Source of the DNA: Candidatus Alkanophaga volatiphilum
Lineage (GTDB): Archaea > Halobacteriota > Syntropharchaeia > Alkanophagales > B39-G2
Length of the DNA: 64,000 bases
Direction: 5' to 3'
Assembly (NCBI GenBank): GCA_029259545.1
Contig: JAPHEE010000005.1
Location: forward strand, 1,143 to 65,142
A model generated the notes under the pieces. The model was not told where the DNA came from and searched no databases. It saw only the letters and a program-made list of their open reading frames with translations. Every line of letters starts with the position of its first letter. Within the stretch, counting starts at the first letter, position 1. Below, piece by piece: positions 46,923 through 57,145 of the stretch. Made by a program: the position numbers and the translations under genes.

Positions 46923-47633
46923 ATGAGGGTCATTCTAGCGCTCGACATTTTGGACGGCGTCGTCGTGCATGCGGTGCGGGGTGAGCGTGAGAAATATCGT
47001 CCGATTCACGAATACAGCGTCGTGGTCGGTACGTCGGAGCCGGAGGAGGTTGTGAAAGCGATGAAGCCGAGAGAAGTCTACGTCGCCGATCTGAACCGTC
47101 TCATGCGCACCGGTGACAACACCGCAAAGATCAAAAGGCTGCGCACCCTCTCGAAGGTGCTGCTCGACTTCGGCGTTGAAAGCTTAGACGACGTGGAGCG
47201 GGCGGCTGCCATCTCCGACGTTGTGATTCTCGGCACGGAGACGGCTTCGAGGAGGTTGGTGGAGGGGGCGGTGCGCAACGCCACGAAGAAAGGGTGGCGG
47301 CTGTCTGTCAGCATGGACATGATCCGTGGGAGGGTTTTGTCTCAAGACGAATCCCTACGAGACCCCTTGGCTCTCGTGGAAATGCTGAACGATTACACGC
47401 TGGAGAGTCTCATCGTTTTGGAGCTGCGAAGCATCGGCACAAAAGCGGGCGTCTCCGCAACGCTCCCGCTGCTCTCGGAGATCGTTGCGAGGAGCGAGCA
47501 CGACGTGATCTTCGGCGGAGGCGTCAGAAGCTGCGAAGACCTCGAAACGCTCGGAAGAATGGGCGTGAAGGGCGTAATCGTGGCGACAGCCGTCCACGAC
47601 GGCAGCATACCCCTGAGCGTGCTGCAGCACTGA
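46923..47633 (+). CDS. HisA/HisF-family TIM-barrel protein
   Basis: MRVILALDILDGVVVHAVRGERE..., EVYVADLN and FGGGVRSCEDLE. Confidence 0.6.
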   Translation: MRVILALDILDGVVVHAVRGEREKYRPIHEYSVVVGTSEPEEVVKAMKPREVYVADLNRLMRTGDNTAKIKRLRTLSKVLLDFGVESLDDVERAAAISDVVILGTETASRRLVEGAVRNATKKGWRLSVSMDMIRGRVLSQDESLRDPLALVEMLNDYTLESLIVLELRSIGTKAGVSATLPLLSEIVARSEHDVIFGGGVRSCEDLETLGRMGVKGVIVATAVHDGSIPLSVLQH

Positions 47634-47728
47634 CCGATGGCGATGCCGCACGACCGCATATGAACGAGCCTTAGACGTATCGGGCGAGCATCGGTCGCCC
47701 CTCGCTTCGGGGCGATCCCGCATCACTA

Positions 47729-49801
47729 TCATCTGACGATGCCTATGTAGCCGTGTTTCGGTGAGTATATTATGCCGTCACGCTTCAGGCTTTCGATGAC
47801 CTCTTCCGCCTTTGCTCTTTCTATTCCTCTGCTCTCTGCAACATCAAGAACCTCCTCTAAAGGCACAGCTCCGCCACCTGCCTCCTCTTCAAGCTCCTTT
47901 ATAATCTCTTTTATCATTTTCGCGCGATCTCGGCGGCTCTTGCTCGTGCCGACCGCCACCCAGTCCACGTCGAGCTTTCCAGTTTCGGGGTCGACGAAGA
48001 CGCGGCGTAGACAGTAGTTGACGAGGCGGATGACGCGTTCGGCGTCCTCCGCGGTGACGACGTTGCTCAGCCTTGCGCGGGCGCAGGCTTCGCCGAGCCT
48101 GATCAGGGCTTCGAGCTGCCTTGCGGTCACCGGGATCGGGGCGTCTTCGCCGTAGCCCTGGCGGCGCAAGCCGACGTAGAAGTCGAGGAACATCTGCATC
48201 GCCTCCCGGCTCATCACCGGGAACACGCGGCGTCGCGCGTACGCTATGTACTTGCGGAGCAACGACGGCGGGATCTCCGGCTCTATCATCCGCACCTCTT
48301 TCACGTCACCCCCGCTCGTGGCGAGCAGCTCGCCCGCATAATGCGTCCTCAGAATATGTGATGCGAGATTTACATCCGCTTCCTCCTCAGGACGATCCAT
48401 CAGCGTGAATATCAAGTCAAATCTCGAAAGTAGCGTCGGTGGCAGGTTTATCTGCTCCGCCAGCGGCTCATATCTATCAAAACGCCCGTACTTCGGATTT
48501 GCCGCCCCTAGAATTGCGCAGCGAGCTTTAAGCGTCGCTGTTATCCCGGCTTTCGCTATTGAAATCGTCTGCTGCTCCATTGCCTCATGGAGCGCATCTC
48601 GATCCTTCTTGTCCATCTTGTCCATTTCGTCTATCGCCGCTATTCCTTTGTCGGCGAGTACGAGCACGCCGGCTTCGAGCGCCCAGCGCCCGTCACCGAA
48701 CTCGTCCTTAACAGCGGTTGCTGTTAACCCTGCGGCGGTTGCGCCTTTTGCGCCGGCGTAGATCCCACGGGGCGCCAGCTTCACCGCATAGCTCAGGAGT
48801 TGCGACTTTGCGATCCCGGGGTCGCCGACGAGGAGCACGTGGATGTCGCCGCGTATCCGCGTGCCGTCCGGCAGCTCCTTCGGAATGCCGGAGAACAGCT
48901 GCAGCAGAATCGCCTCCTTAACCTCCTCGTAGCCGTATATCGAGGGCGCTATCGACCTTATGAGCTTCTCGTAGATGTTAGGGTCACTCTTGAGCTCCAA
49001 TATCTTCCTTTCATCCTCCTCGGATATCTCGATCTCCTCAAACTCTTTTTCTTCCCTCTCAACAGAAATGGCATCCAAATAAACGTCGAAGAAGGGCGAC
49101 TTGCCGTGCTGCGTGCGTCTCTGGTACGAGCGCAGGATGCCGGTGACGACGACACGATCCCCGGGGGTTGCGACGCCTGCGATATCATCTTCAAGGTTCA
49201 CATCGAGTATTTGCGGCATTTCGCCGCCCCTTAGCTCCTCAGGCGGCTCCTGTAACCGCATTTTCTGCGCATCCACGAACTTCGACTTCTCAGGTACGAG
49301 CCTGAGCGTCTTCCGGTGGCATCCTTCGCATTCTGCGGGCTCCACGAAGCCCCGCCCCTCCTGCGGCACGAACGTGACATGGCGGCATTGTTGGCACTCG
49401 AAAGCAGCGCTCACTACCTTAGGACGCACTTCCGTCACCTTCAACACGATACCCTCGACGCTTATCAGCTTGCCAATATGGTGGCTCCTTATGTCTCTTA
49501 TCCGGGGGCGGTGCGCCTCCGGCAGCCCTACGATGCGCACGTGCGCATCCTCAAGGCTGACGCCCGTCGGGAGGTCCATGCGCCGCAACGCCTCTCTCGC
49601 ATTGCGAAGCACAACGTCAGGCTCCTCTAAGAGCAAGCTCTCTAGCTCAGTGGCGCCTTTGATCACATCAAAAAAGCTGACGTATAGGCTCCTCTCCTCA
49701 GGATATGCGTTGGACAACTTCAATATCTCATCCCAATAGTACTTTTTCAGGAACTCTTGCCACCTTTCCACCAGCGGCTCCTCCGAAACTACAAGCTCCA
49801 T
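47729..49801 (-). CDS. mcm: MCM replicative helicase
   Basis: 690 aa. Zinc finger CQQC...CEGC. Walker A GDPGIAKSQ. Walker B IDEMDKM. Arginine finger SRFDLIF. Confidence 0.95.
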   Translation of the reverse strand: MELVVSEEPLVERWQEFLKKYYWDEILKLSNAYPEERSLYVSFFDVIKGATELESLLLEEPDVVLRNAREALRRMDLPTGVSLEDAHVRIVGLPEAHRPRIRDIRSHHIGKLISVEGIVLKVTEVRPKVVSAAFECQQCRHVTFVPQEGRGFVEPAECEGCHRKTLRLVPEKSKFVDAQKMRLQEPPEELRGGEMPQILDVNLEDDIAGVATPGDRVVVTGILRSYQRRTQHGKSPFFDVYLDAISVEREEKEFEEIEISEEDERKILELKSDPNIYEKLIRSIAPSIYGYEEVKEAILLQLFSGIPKELPDGTRIRGDIHVLLVGDPGIAKSQLLSYAVKLAPRGIYAGAKGATAAGLTATAVKDEFGDGRWALEAGVLVLADKGIAAIDEMDKMDKKDRDALHEAMEQQTISIAKAGITATLKARCAILGAANPKYGRFDRYEPLAEQINLPPTLLSRFDLIFTLMDRPEEEADVNLASHILRTHYAGELLATSGGDVKEVRMIEPEIPPSLLRKYIAYARRRVFPVMSREAMQMFLDFYVGLRRQGYGEDAPIPVTARQLEALIRLGEACARARLSNVVTAEDAERVIRLVNYCLRRVFVDPETGKLDVDWVAVGTSKSRRDRAKMIKEIIKELEEEAGGGAVPLEEVLDVAESRGIERAKAEEVIESLKRDGIIYSPKHGYIGIVR

Positions 49802-49826
49802 CCCTACTTCTATCCTCCCTGAAGCT

Positions 49827-50596
49827 TTAAATTCTTTGCCGTAACTCGAAATGGACGTGGATGTGCTCGCCCTCGCAAGCGTCGAGGCATTCTAAGCATC
49901 TGATACACCTTGTGGAGTTCGGCATCTCGTGAACTTTTAGCGTGGGGCACGCCGCCTCACACCGCCCGCAGCGGACACAACCGTCGTCAACTTCGAGACG
50001 AACGCTGCTCAGCGGGTTAAATGCTGAGAGAATAGCGCCTAAGGGGCATGCAAAGCGGCAGAATGCCTCTTGGAGACTGTAGACAGGAAGACAAACATGA
50101 GTAAAACCGCTAGCTTCAAGCAAAACAGTATGCCTACCCGTCGCCTTAAAGACGGCTCAGCGATGACGACAGCGCCGCTTCCAAGGCGCCCGCCGGACAC
50201 AACTTGGAGAAGAGCGGCGTTTTTACGATCACAGTCCGAGCAGCAAAAAGATCATGAGCGCCAGAAGCACGAAAACGTAACGCCTCTGCAAACTTAAAGT
50301 CGAGCTCGAATTTCTTGGTAGGAAGCTTGTAAAGAAAGTCTTGAAAGAATCCAAAAGGGCACGCCCAGCCGCAGCTCCCGCTTAGCATGCCTGCGATGCC
50401 AAGTTCGCCCGCAACATGGAACGGAAAGCGCCGTAGCGCAAAGAAGTCTGTAACGCCCCCAAGGGGCATGAGGTGGAAGCCAACGGACACGCATAGCAGT
50501 TTAGCAGGGAAATCAAAAAAATTTCAAAGGGAGCGTGGAATTCAGGAAAAGCAACCAAAGCATCTGGATGCTGGTCCTCAGCTTGTTGAGTTTCAT
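49827..50596 (-). pseudogene. NapH/MauN-type membrane polyferredoxin, apparently frameshifted
   Basis: Pieces in different frames: MKLNKLRTSIQMLWLLFLN, CGWACPFGFFQD, a TM-like LQRRYVFVLLALMIFLLLGL, LCPAGALE, then ACPLGAI...CVRCGRCEAACP...CIRCLECLDAC. The breaks lie near A5/T5 runs. Confidence 0.55.
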
Positions 50597-50857
50597 GACA
50601 TTGGTGTGGGGGACCATAGATAGAGTGTTCGTCCAGTCGATTTGAATTTTGAGCTTAAATACCTTTAGCTCGAAGGCGCAGCCCTTCCTAGAGAGCAGCT
50701 CTTGAGTAACAGCGTACCTTACAAGCCGAGACACGACAGGCAGAGTACTTTAGCGTTCCTTAGGACCTCTACGGGCTCCTTAACTATGATACCATACGCC
50801 AAAAGTATGAGAAAAGTTGCGAGAAGAAGAAGGCGTAATATGACACTGCGCAACGTT

Positions 50858-51466
50858 TCACCTCCTATCTTCCTCTTTTTTACTTCTCCTCAAAATATAC
50901 GCGATGAAAATGCTCAGAAGCGGTGCAAGAGTTGTTACTGTTCTTTTTGTCTTCTCTGCCGGGACCTGTATGCTCGCTGACGGCGTCCTGCCAACGGCGT
51001 CCAACGCTTTCAGCATCTCGTCAATAAGCTCAGCTTCATCGGCGAAGCCGACGACTCGCCGCAGCTCGTTACCGTCCTCATCCGTGAAGAGTACGACCGG
51101 AATGCCACGTACCCTGAAGCTTCTGGCGAGTTCTGATTCCTCGTCAACGTCCACTTTAACGCACACGAAGTCCGCAGAGAGCGCTATGATGCTATCCTTA
51201 GAGAGCGTCTCCTCTTCGAGCTTCCTGCACCAGCCGCACCATTTCGCTGTGAACACCAGCATCATAGGTTTTCCTTCTGTTCTCGCAAGATGCACACCCT
51301 CGTCGTAGGCGTGCCACTGGATATCCGTGGCTACAGCGTGCCGCCTATCCGCGGTCGCGGTTTGCACGGCGCTGACGCCGAAAGCCAAGAGCAATGCCAG
51401 CAAAGTTCTGACGTTGACGCTTTCGCTCCACATTTCGAACACTCGCCTTGAGGAGGGCGGAGGCAT
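50858..51466 (-). CDS. thioredoxin-fold protein, secreted or membrane-anchored
   Basis: Signal-like N-terminus, FTAKWCGWCRKLEEE (CxxC), and a C-terminal hydrophobic anchor. Confidence 0.75.
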   Translation of the reverse strand: MPPPSSRRVFEMWSESVNVRTLLALLLAFGVSAVQTATADRRHAVATDIQWHAYDEGVHLARTEGKPMMLVFTAKWCGWCRKLEEETLSKDSIIALSADFVCVKVDVDEESELARSFRVRGIPVVLFTDEDGNELRRVVGFADEAELIDEMLKALDAVGRTPSASIQVPAEKTKRTVTTLAPLLSIFIAYILRRSKKEEDRR

Positions 51467-51541
51467 TATTTAAACTTTACGATGACAGGCGCCGCACAAA
51501 CAATTTTTAAGTGCACACAGCATAGGTGTTAGGGGTGAAGC

Positions 51542-52213
51542 GTGCTCCTATACTTGTATGAAAAATGGCTCCTACGGAACATCCTGCGAGCGGGCATCGC
51601 CGTGCGGCATGTGATTCTGATAATAGATGAGAGCGACCTCCTCACACGCCGCTCTAAGGAGGCAATACGGAAGCTGGCGAGCTTCGTGCGGTGGTGCTCG
51701 GAGCTCGGCATAAGCACCGTTGGCATCTATGTGAGCATCGCAAAAGAGCTTCGCAAAGAGATCATCGAGGCGACGAGCGAGCTGCTGCTTGAGCGTATTT
51801 CAAGGGTTCTCGGCAGGGAGAACGCCACCGTCGAGATATACACGCCGAAAACGGTAAAACTGCTGAGGCGAGACAACGTGGCGGAGGCGACGACGAAGGT
51901 CTGCGTCTCTATAGGATTTGGGGGTAGGAGCGAGCTCACAGAGGCGATAAAGCGCATATGCGCACGGGTCGTGCGGGGGGAGCTTGAGCCTGAGGAGATC
52001 GACGAGAAGGTGATAGAGGACGAGCTTGTTTTCAGGTTCGAGCCCGATCTGATAATAAGGTCGGGCGGCGCTAAGCTCACCGACTTCCTCATCTGGCAGT
52101 CCGTTTACAGCGAGTTTTATTTCACCGATGTCAACTGGCAGGACTTCAGGAAGATCGACCTGCTACGGGCAATCCGGGACTTCCAAAAGCGGGAGAGGAG
52201 GTTTGGCACTTAG
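51542..52213 (+). CDS. cis-prenyltransferase paralogue lacking the catalytic DGNRR motif but ending in RxG (NgBR/Nus1-like partner candidate)
   Basis: HVILIIDESDLL replaces H.A.IMDGNRR. It retains IIRSGGAKLTDFLIWQSVYSEFYF...FRKIDLLRAIRDFQKRERRFGT*. Confidence 0.65.
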   Translation: MLLYLYEKWLLRNILRAGIAVRHVILIIDESDLLTRRSKEAIRKLASFVRWCSELGISTVGIYVSIAKELRKEIIEATSELLLERISRVLGRENATVEIYTPKTVKLLRRDNVAEATTKVCVSIGFGGRSELTEAIKRICARVVRGELEPEEIDEKVIEDELVFRFEPDLIIRSGGAKLTDFLIWQSVYSEFYFTDVNWQDFRKIDLLRAIRDFQKRERRFGT

Positions 52214-52224
52214 GAGGTGTTGTT

Positions 52225-52515
52225 ATGGAGGTACTGAGGTATGTGGGGCAGAAAGTGATATGGCGGGACGACAAAGGTATGCCGAAGCAAGTCCTGAAAT
52301 GCTTCATCAAGCGGGGGAACTACGGACCCTTCATTTCCATAGAACGTCATTGGGTCCAGAAAGTCGAAAACGGTGAAGTAATGGAAACAAAATGGGCAGG
52401 CTGGTCCATAAGCTTCCCTTATGATAAGAATCGGGCGCTGACACTCTTGAGATCTATAAAGGAGCTTTTAGGTGAAGTTTTCAATGAGGCTTCAGAGAGC
52501 TACGACGATTTCTAA
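52225..52515 (+). CDS. hypothetical protein
   Basis: 96-aa ORF starting 12 nt after the preceding stop. I recognise no motif. Confidence 0.45.
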   Translation: MEVLRYVGQKVIWRDDKGMPKQVLKCFIKRGNYGPFISIERHWVQKVENGEVMETKWAGWSISFPYDKNRALTLLRSIKELLGEVFNEASESYDDF

Positions 52516-52609
52516 TCGGTGTTGCCATATGGGCATTGCGCCGTCGGGCTTGCACTCCCGCAAAATTAATTAAGTGTATCGCTTATTTAAGGTCAGGCGG
52601 GGCGGTAGG

Positions 52610-53407
52610 ATGGCGGTTGCGAAAATCCTCCAGAACAAGCGGATGAGTAGCAAGTTCCAGATACTGGTGGAAATTGCGGCGAACCAGCCGAACGTGAAGC
52701 AACGGGACATCGCCGCAAAGTTGAACATCACGCCGCAGGCTGTTTCCGAATACGTCAAGGAACTGATAGAGGAGGGCATGGTGGCGACGGATGGGCGTGG
52801 CAAATATCGAGTGACGAAAGAGGGCGTCGATTTCATTTTGAGGATGACAAACGAGCTTGAAGAGTATTCCTCTTACATCAACAACATCATAACAAACATC
52901 TCAGTCTGGGCGGCGGTCGCTGACGACGACCTGAAAAGTGGCGAGCCCGTCAGCCTGAAGATGCGAGACGGCATCCTCTACGCATGTAAGATCCGAGAGG
53001 GCGAGGAGGTAGGGGCGAGGGCGGTCTGCACGTCTGATGCAAAGCGCGGCGAGGATGTGGGCATCACCAAAATAAGGGGCATGATTGCGCTCGAACTTGG
53101 GAAGATAACTGTGTGTATGGTTCCGAGGATACAAAACGGCGGCTCTAGAAAAGTGGATGTCAAACGGCTGAAGGATGCGGTGGAAAAGAGCGAGCTCGTC
53201 GGCGTCATCGGCATAGAAGCACTAGTAGCGCTCTCCCGCATAAACAGGAAACCTGATGTCCTATATGGTACTAAAGAGGCAGCTATAGAGGCGTCTTCAA
53301 GAGGCGTCTCGCTTACGGTGGTCTGCGTCGAGGACGAGGTTCCCTCGCTATTGCACAGACTGGAAAGCGAAGGGCTTAGCTACGAGCTTCTTGATTTGCG
53401 TCTGTAG
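52610..53407 (+). CDS. winged-helix transcriptional regulator with C-terminal domain of unknown function
   Basis: QRDIAAKLNITPQAVSEYVKELIEEGMVATDGRGKYRVTKEG. ATG at 52610, about 25 nt after GCTTATTTAAGG. Confidence 0.7.
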   Translation: MAVAKILQNKRMSSKFQILVEIAANQPNVKQRDIAAKLNITPQAVSEYVKELIEEGMVATDGRGKYRVTKEGVDFILRMTNELEEYSSYINNIITNISVWAAVADDDLKSGEPVSLKMRDGILYACKIREGEEVGARAVCTSDAKRGEDVGITKIRGMIALELGKITVCMVPRIQNGGSRKVDVKRLKDAVEKSELVGVIGIEALVALSRINRKPDVLYGTKEAAIEASSRGVSLTVVCVEDEVPSLLHRLESEGLSYELLDLRL

Positions 53408-53435
53408 CTTTATTGAGCTGTAGGCGGGGGTACGC

Positions 53436-54911
53436 ATGGCCGACGAGGAGAGAGAGGCAAAGACCGTAATCCCTAAAGAGAACTTCAGTGAGTGGTACAA
53501 TGAGGTTTTACGGAGAGCAGAAATCATGGACGTCAGATATCCGGTGAAGGGCTTATACGTGTGGTTTCCATTCGGTCTCAAGCTGAGAAACCTGATATAC
53601 TCCATACTGCGGGCGTTGCTTGACGAGGAGCACGATGAGGTCCTCTTCCCGACTTTAATTCCAAGGACGGAGTTCATGAAAGAGGAAAAGCACATAAAAG
53701 GTTTCGAGGACGAGGTATTCTGGGTGACGAAGGGTGGCGTCGACGAACTTGACGTGCCGTTAGCGTTGCGCCCGACGTCCGAGACCGCAATATATCCGAT
53801 GTTCAAGGTCTGGATCCGCTCACATGCGGATCTCCCGCTCCGTGTGTATCAGATCGTAAATGTGTTTAGATACGAGACGAAGCACACCCGCCCCTTGATA
53901 CGACTGAGGGAGGTAACCTCGTTCAAGGAGGCGCACACCGCTCATAGAAGCTGGGAGGAGGCGGAAGCTCAGGTAAGAAAGGCTATAAATATATACCGTG
54001 CCTTTTACGATAGGCTTGCCGTTCCATATATAATCACAAAACGTCCTGACTGGGATAAGTTCCCGGGCGCTGCTTATACCATTGCGTTCGACACGATCAT
54101 GCCTGACGGCAGGACGCTTCAAATCGCTACGATTCACCACCTCGGCACGAACTTCGCAAAAACTTTTGATATAAAATATGAAGACATCGGCGGCGAGTAT
54201 AAATACGTGCATCAGACGTGCTATGGCATCTCGGAGCGTTGCGTCGCAGCCGTGATTGCGACGCATGGCGATGATCATGGCTTAGTCCTGCCGCCGGAGG
54301 TTGCGCCGACACAAATCGTCATCGTCCCCATAATATTCTCAAAAGATGAGAGAAGCGCCGCCGTCATCGAGACGTGCCGCAGCGTTCATGCGGCGTTGAA
54401 AAACTCGTTCAGGGTCGTCTTGGACGAGGGCGAGGAGCGTCCTGGCGCAAAATTCTACAAATGGGAGATGCGAGGCGTGCCGCTGCGCATCGAGATCGGT
54501 CCGAGGGATGTCAGCAGGGAAGAGTGCACGTTCGTCCGGAGGGACACCTTCGAACGCTTCACCGTGCCGCTGAGTAACGTCGTCAGCGAAGCTGAGAAGG
54601 TCCTTAAGGACGTTTATGAGAACATTTGGCGGCGGAGCAAGGAACATTTCGCCTCCAGAATTTTCGATTTTTGCGGGAATGAGCGGGGGCAGGGGCGGGA
54701 AGATGAGATAAAGGAGTGCGTCAGGAGGGGAGTCGTCGCAATTTTCATGTGCGGCAGCGAAGAGTGTGGAGTGGAGGTGAAGGAACGATTCGACGCCGAT
54801 GTCCTCGGCGAAGAAGTAACTACGTGCTTGGGGGATGCGGGGGAGAGGAGGGGGTGTTGTATCATCTGCGGCGCCGAGGGAAAGCGGACTTATATCGCAA
54901 GGACATACTGA
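53436..54911 (+). CDS. proS: prolyl-tRNA synthetase (archaeal/eukaryotic type)
   Basis: [27 protein letters not shown], class-II motifs, and a C-terminal zinc-binding domain. Confidence 0.95.
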   Translation: MADEEREAKTVIPKENFSEWYNEVLRRAEIMDVRYPVKGLYVWFPFGLKLRNLIYSILRALLDEEHDEVLFPTLIPRTEFMKEEKHIKGFEDEVFWVTKGGVDELDVPLALRPTSETAIYPMFKVWIRSHADLPLRVYQIVNVFRYETKHTRPLIRLREVTSFKEAHTAHRSWEEAEAQVRKAINIYRAFYDRLAVPYIITKRPDWDKFPGAAYTIAFDTIMPDGRTLQIATIHHLGTNFAKTFDIKYEDIGGEYKYVHQTCYGISERCVAAVIATHGDDHGLVLPPEVAPTQIVIVPIIFSKDERSAAVIETCRSVHAALKNSFRVVLDEGEERPGAKFYKWEMRGVPLRIEIGPRDVSREECTFVRRDTFERFTVPLSNVVSEAEKVLKDVYENIWRRSKEHFASRIFDFCGNERGQGREDEIKECVRRGVVAIFMCGSEECGVEVKERFDADVLGEEVTTCLGDAGERRGCCIICGAEGKRTYIARTY

Positions 54912-54916
54912 CGGGG

Positions 54917-55357
54917 ATGGGCGATTACATGGTTTCGCCGGCGAGCGGCAAGGTTCTCAGAGCCGACGAAAACCTTATATCCATCTTCATGCGTATTTAC
55001 GACGATCATACAAATGTGGCTCCTCTCGACGGCGTCGTCTCCGAAATAAAATACGAGCGGGGTAGTTTTTTCCCTGCGTTCCTTAAAAGGAGCGAAGGCA
55101 ACGAGAAGAACACGATACGGCTGGCGACAGCGTACGGCGACGTTAAAATAGTGCAGGTTGCTGGCTGTCTCATCCGCCGGATACGATGCGACGTGCGAGT
55201 CGGCGAGCGAGTAAAGCGAGGGCAGCCCATTGGTAGAATATACTTTGGGTCGAGAGTGGATGTTACGCTCCCTACGGGTTTTTCACCGACGGTGAGGCGA
55301 GGACAGGGGGTGAAACGGGGGAACACGGTTATCGCGGAGCGGGCTGAAACTACCTAA
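54917..55357 (+). CDS. small phosphatidylserine (archaetidylserine) decarboxylase-like proenzyme
   Basis: About 146 aa. Contains HTNVAPLDGVV, VQVAGCLIRRI and RIYFGSRVDV (GS self-cleavage-type motif). Confidence 0.7.
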   Translation: MGDYMVSPASGKVLRADENLISIFMRIYDDHTNVAPLDGVVSEIKYERGSFFPAFLKRSEGNEKNTIRLATAYGDVKIVQVAGCLIRRIRCDVRVGERVKRGQPIGRIYFGSRVDVTLPTGFSPTVRRGQGVKRGNTVIAERAETT

Positions 55358-55452
55358 AAATCATTAAAAAAGTTTGGAAAACTATATATTTTATGAAGTA
55401 GGAATTGATTGCCTACGTAGGTGAGAAAAACTGCGCTGCGGATGCTTAAAGC

Positions 55453-55716
55453 ATGAAAAAAGAGGAGCTCATCCACCTCCACTTGCTGCTTGCGCAGATA
55501 AAAAAGTACTTTGAGGAGAACGGGCTAGGCAACGGCTTCACAAAATACAAGGAACTTGGTATCTCGCCCTTCCACGTCCATCGAAGCAAATCCGACCACA
55601 AACGGGCTATCTTCATCCTCGGGAACGAGCTTGCCTCGATCATCGCGAAGGATGAGTTCTCTGAAAGCTATAAGACGGCGGAGCGAATGCGGGAATTTGC
55701 AGAGCGCGTTGCTTAA
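55453..55716 (+). CDS. UPF0058-family small protein
   Basis: MKKEELIHLHLLLAQIKKYFE...ISPFHVHRSKSDHKRAIFILG. Confidence 0.7.
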   Translation: MKKEELIHLHLLLAQIKKYFEENGLGNGFTKYKELGISPFHVHRSKSDHKRAIFILGNELASIIAKDEFSESYKTAERMREFAERVA

Positions 55717-55743
55717 TTCTTCATTTTTTCCTATTTCTTTTCA

Positions 55744-56574
55744 ATGAGGGTTGGCGTGACGAGACCTGCAAAGTATGAGCAAGAATCCGTCGCGATAGCC
55801 AATGCTTATGGGTTCGACGTGTTCTACGCCCCATTAATATCGGTAGAGAGAGTATGGGAACGTAAATTTAAGGAGTTCTTGCAGAGTGTCCTGCGGGGTG
55901 TGGCGAATTTAGTCGTCTTTATGAGTGTGAGCAGTGTGGAATGCGTGTTTGCTCACATCCATGACAACGACCCGACAGGACAACTTGCTGAAAATTTCGT
56001 GCGAGCTTTGAATAATAAAATAACGGTGGCGGCGGTGGGTCCCGCGACGGCGCGCAAGCTTGAAAGCTACGGAGTTTCGACACAGGTTCTACCTAAGGAG
56101 TATAGTTCAAGGGGGCTTGCCGAAGCCTTAATGCCGTTAGTAAAAGGGAAGAGGGTTTGGATAGTGCGGAGTAGGCAAGGGGATGATACGCTGAAGGCGC
56201 GCTTGGAAGAAGCAGGGGCGGCGTGGGTCCAAGAGGCTAGGATCTATGAAATAACGCCGCCAAAAGGTGACGAGAGGCGGCGAGCGGAGGAACTTATAAT
56301 GCAGCTGCTAGCCGGTGATATCGAGGTGATAACGTTCACGAGCGGCATGTGCGTCGCAAACTTCTTCAAAATTGCTGAGGAGCTTGGGGTAAAAGACGAG
56401 CTGATAGCAAGAATGTGCAACATCTCCGTGGCGGCGATCGGCGAACCTACAAGAAAGAAGCTCGAAGCTCACGGGGTGCGAGTGGATGTGGTGCCTGAAA
56501 AGTTCACGTTTGAAGATATGATGAAAGAGGTGAGGGCGAGAGTGACCTCCTCCCCTCACAGGGGCATCCGGTGA
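55744..56574 (+). CDS. hemD: uroporphyrinogen-III synthase
   Basis: Two-lobed pattern with VVFMSVSSVE and VITFTSGMCVANFF. Confidence 0.7.
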   Translation: MRVGVTRPAKYEQESVAIANAYGFDVFYAPLISVERVWERKFKEFLQSVLRGVANLVVFMSVSSVECVFAHIHDNDPTGQLAENFVRALNNKITVAAVGPATARKLESYGVSTQVLPKEYSSRGLAEALMPLVKGKRVWIVRSRQGDDTLKARLEEAGAAWVQEARIYEITPPKGDERRRAEELIMQLLAGDIEVITFTSGMCVANFFKIAEELGVKDELIARMCNISVAAIGEPTRKKLEAHGVRVDVVPEKFTFEDMMKEVRARVTSSPHRGIR

Positions 56575-56579
56575 GGAGA

Positions 56580-57120
56580 GGTTCCCAGTTCATCCATCCG
56601 AGCTTACCTGCCAGCTCTTTCAGCCTTGCGGGCAGCGGCTCGGATGTCGAGGGCTTGACTTCGGCTGCCCGATCCAAGCCCGCACTGCGGAGGCTCGAAA
56701 ACGCTTGGGTGATAATTCAAGCCGGCTCGGCAACTTAAGGTACTGGTACGGACCACTTCTGCCTCGAATCCGTTCACCACATCTAACCCTGTACACCCTT
56801 TGCGCATCTCGTTTGGAAAGCGGTTGCAAGCAACGGTTTTATGGTTGAGGAGTACGGGAGGCTCGCAACAGTAACCGATAAGTTTATACAATCCCTCACT
56901 CTCTAACATAATATGCCCTCGGAAGTCCTCTCAGATGAGGGCGGTGGGAGTCTGAGAGGAGGGCTAGAGGGGTAAGCGGGTGACCGCCCCCGCTCAGGGC
57001 TAAGTGAGGCTCTGGGCGGCGATGACGTAGGGGAGGCTACCGGCGATGCTGTAGCCGGGGGCTGCTACGAGCAGCTCCGAGCCGCCTTCGCATGCCCTGG
57101 GTATGTTGATGTTAAGGTGT
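56580..57120. other. ~540-bp region without a convincing ORF; GC-rich, helix-rich, with a central TATA-like box; candidate ncRNA(s) of unknown class
   Basis: AAGTTTATACA at about 56888-56898. Downstream, a 10-bp perfect stem TCCTCTCAGA/TCTGAGAGGA (about 56926-56960) and GCGGG...CCCGC. On the other side, GGGCAGC/GCTGCCC. The only listed ORFs (56604-56909, 56620-56829) are not protein-like. Confidence 0.3.
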
Positions 57121-57145
57121 GGCGACCAGGAATGGAGGGGTAAAA

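Noticed and set aside
47695-47715. 7-bp GC hairpin TCGCCCC-TCGCTTC-GGGGCGA between the convergent hisA-like and mcm genes, considered as a bidirectional terminator
   Set aside because: Archaeal termination is generally driven by oligo-T tracts rather than hairpins, and no T-run follows on either strand. Not enough evidence for a terminator call.
56604-56909. 101-aa minus-strand ORF, and the idea that 56.6-57.1 kb is RNase P RNA or SRP RNA
   Set aside because: The ORF translation is not protein-like. For RNase P only a GGAAGTCC match was found, without the GGUAAGGGUGAAAGGGUG or ACAGAA..GGCUUA blocks in the right order. No SRP helix-8 motif was found. The region is kept only as an unexplained candidate ncRNA.
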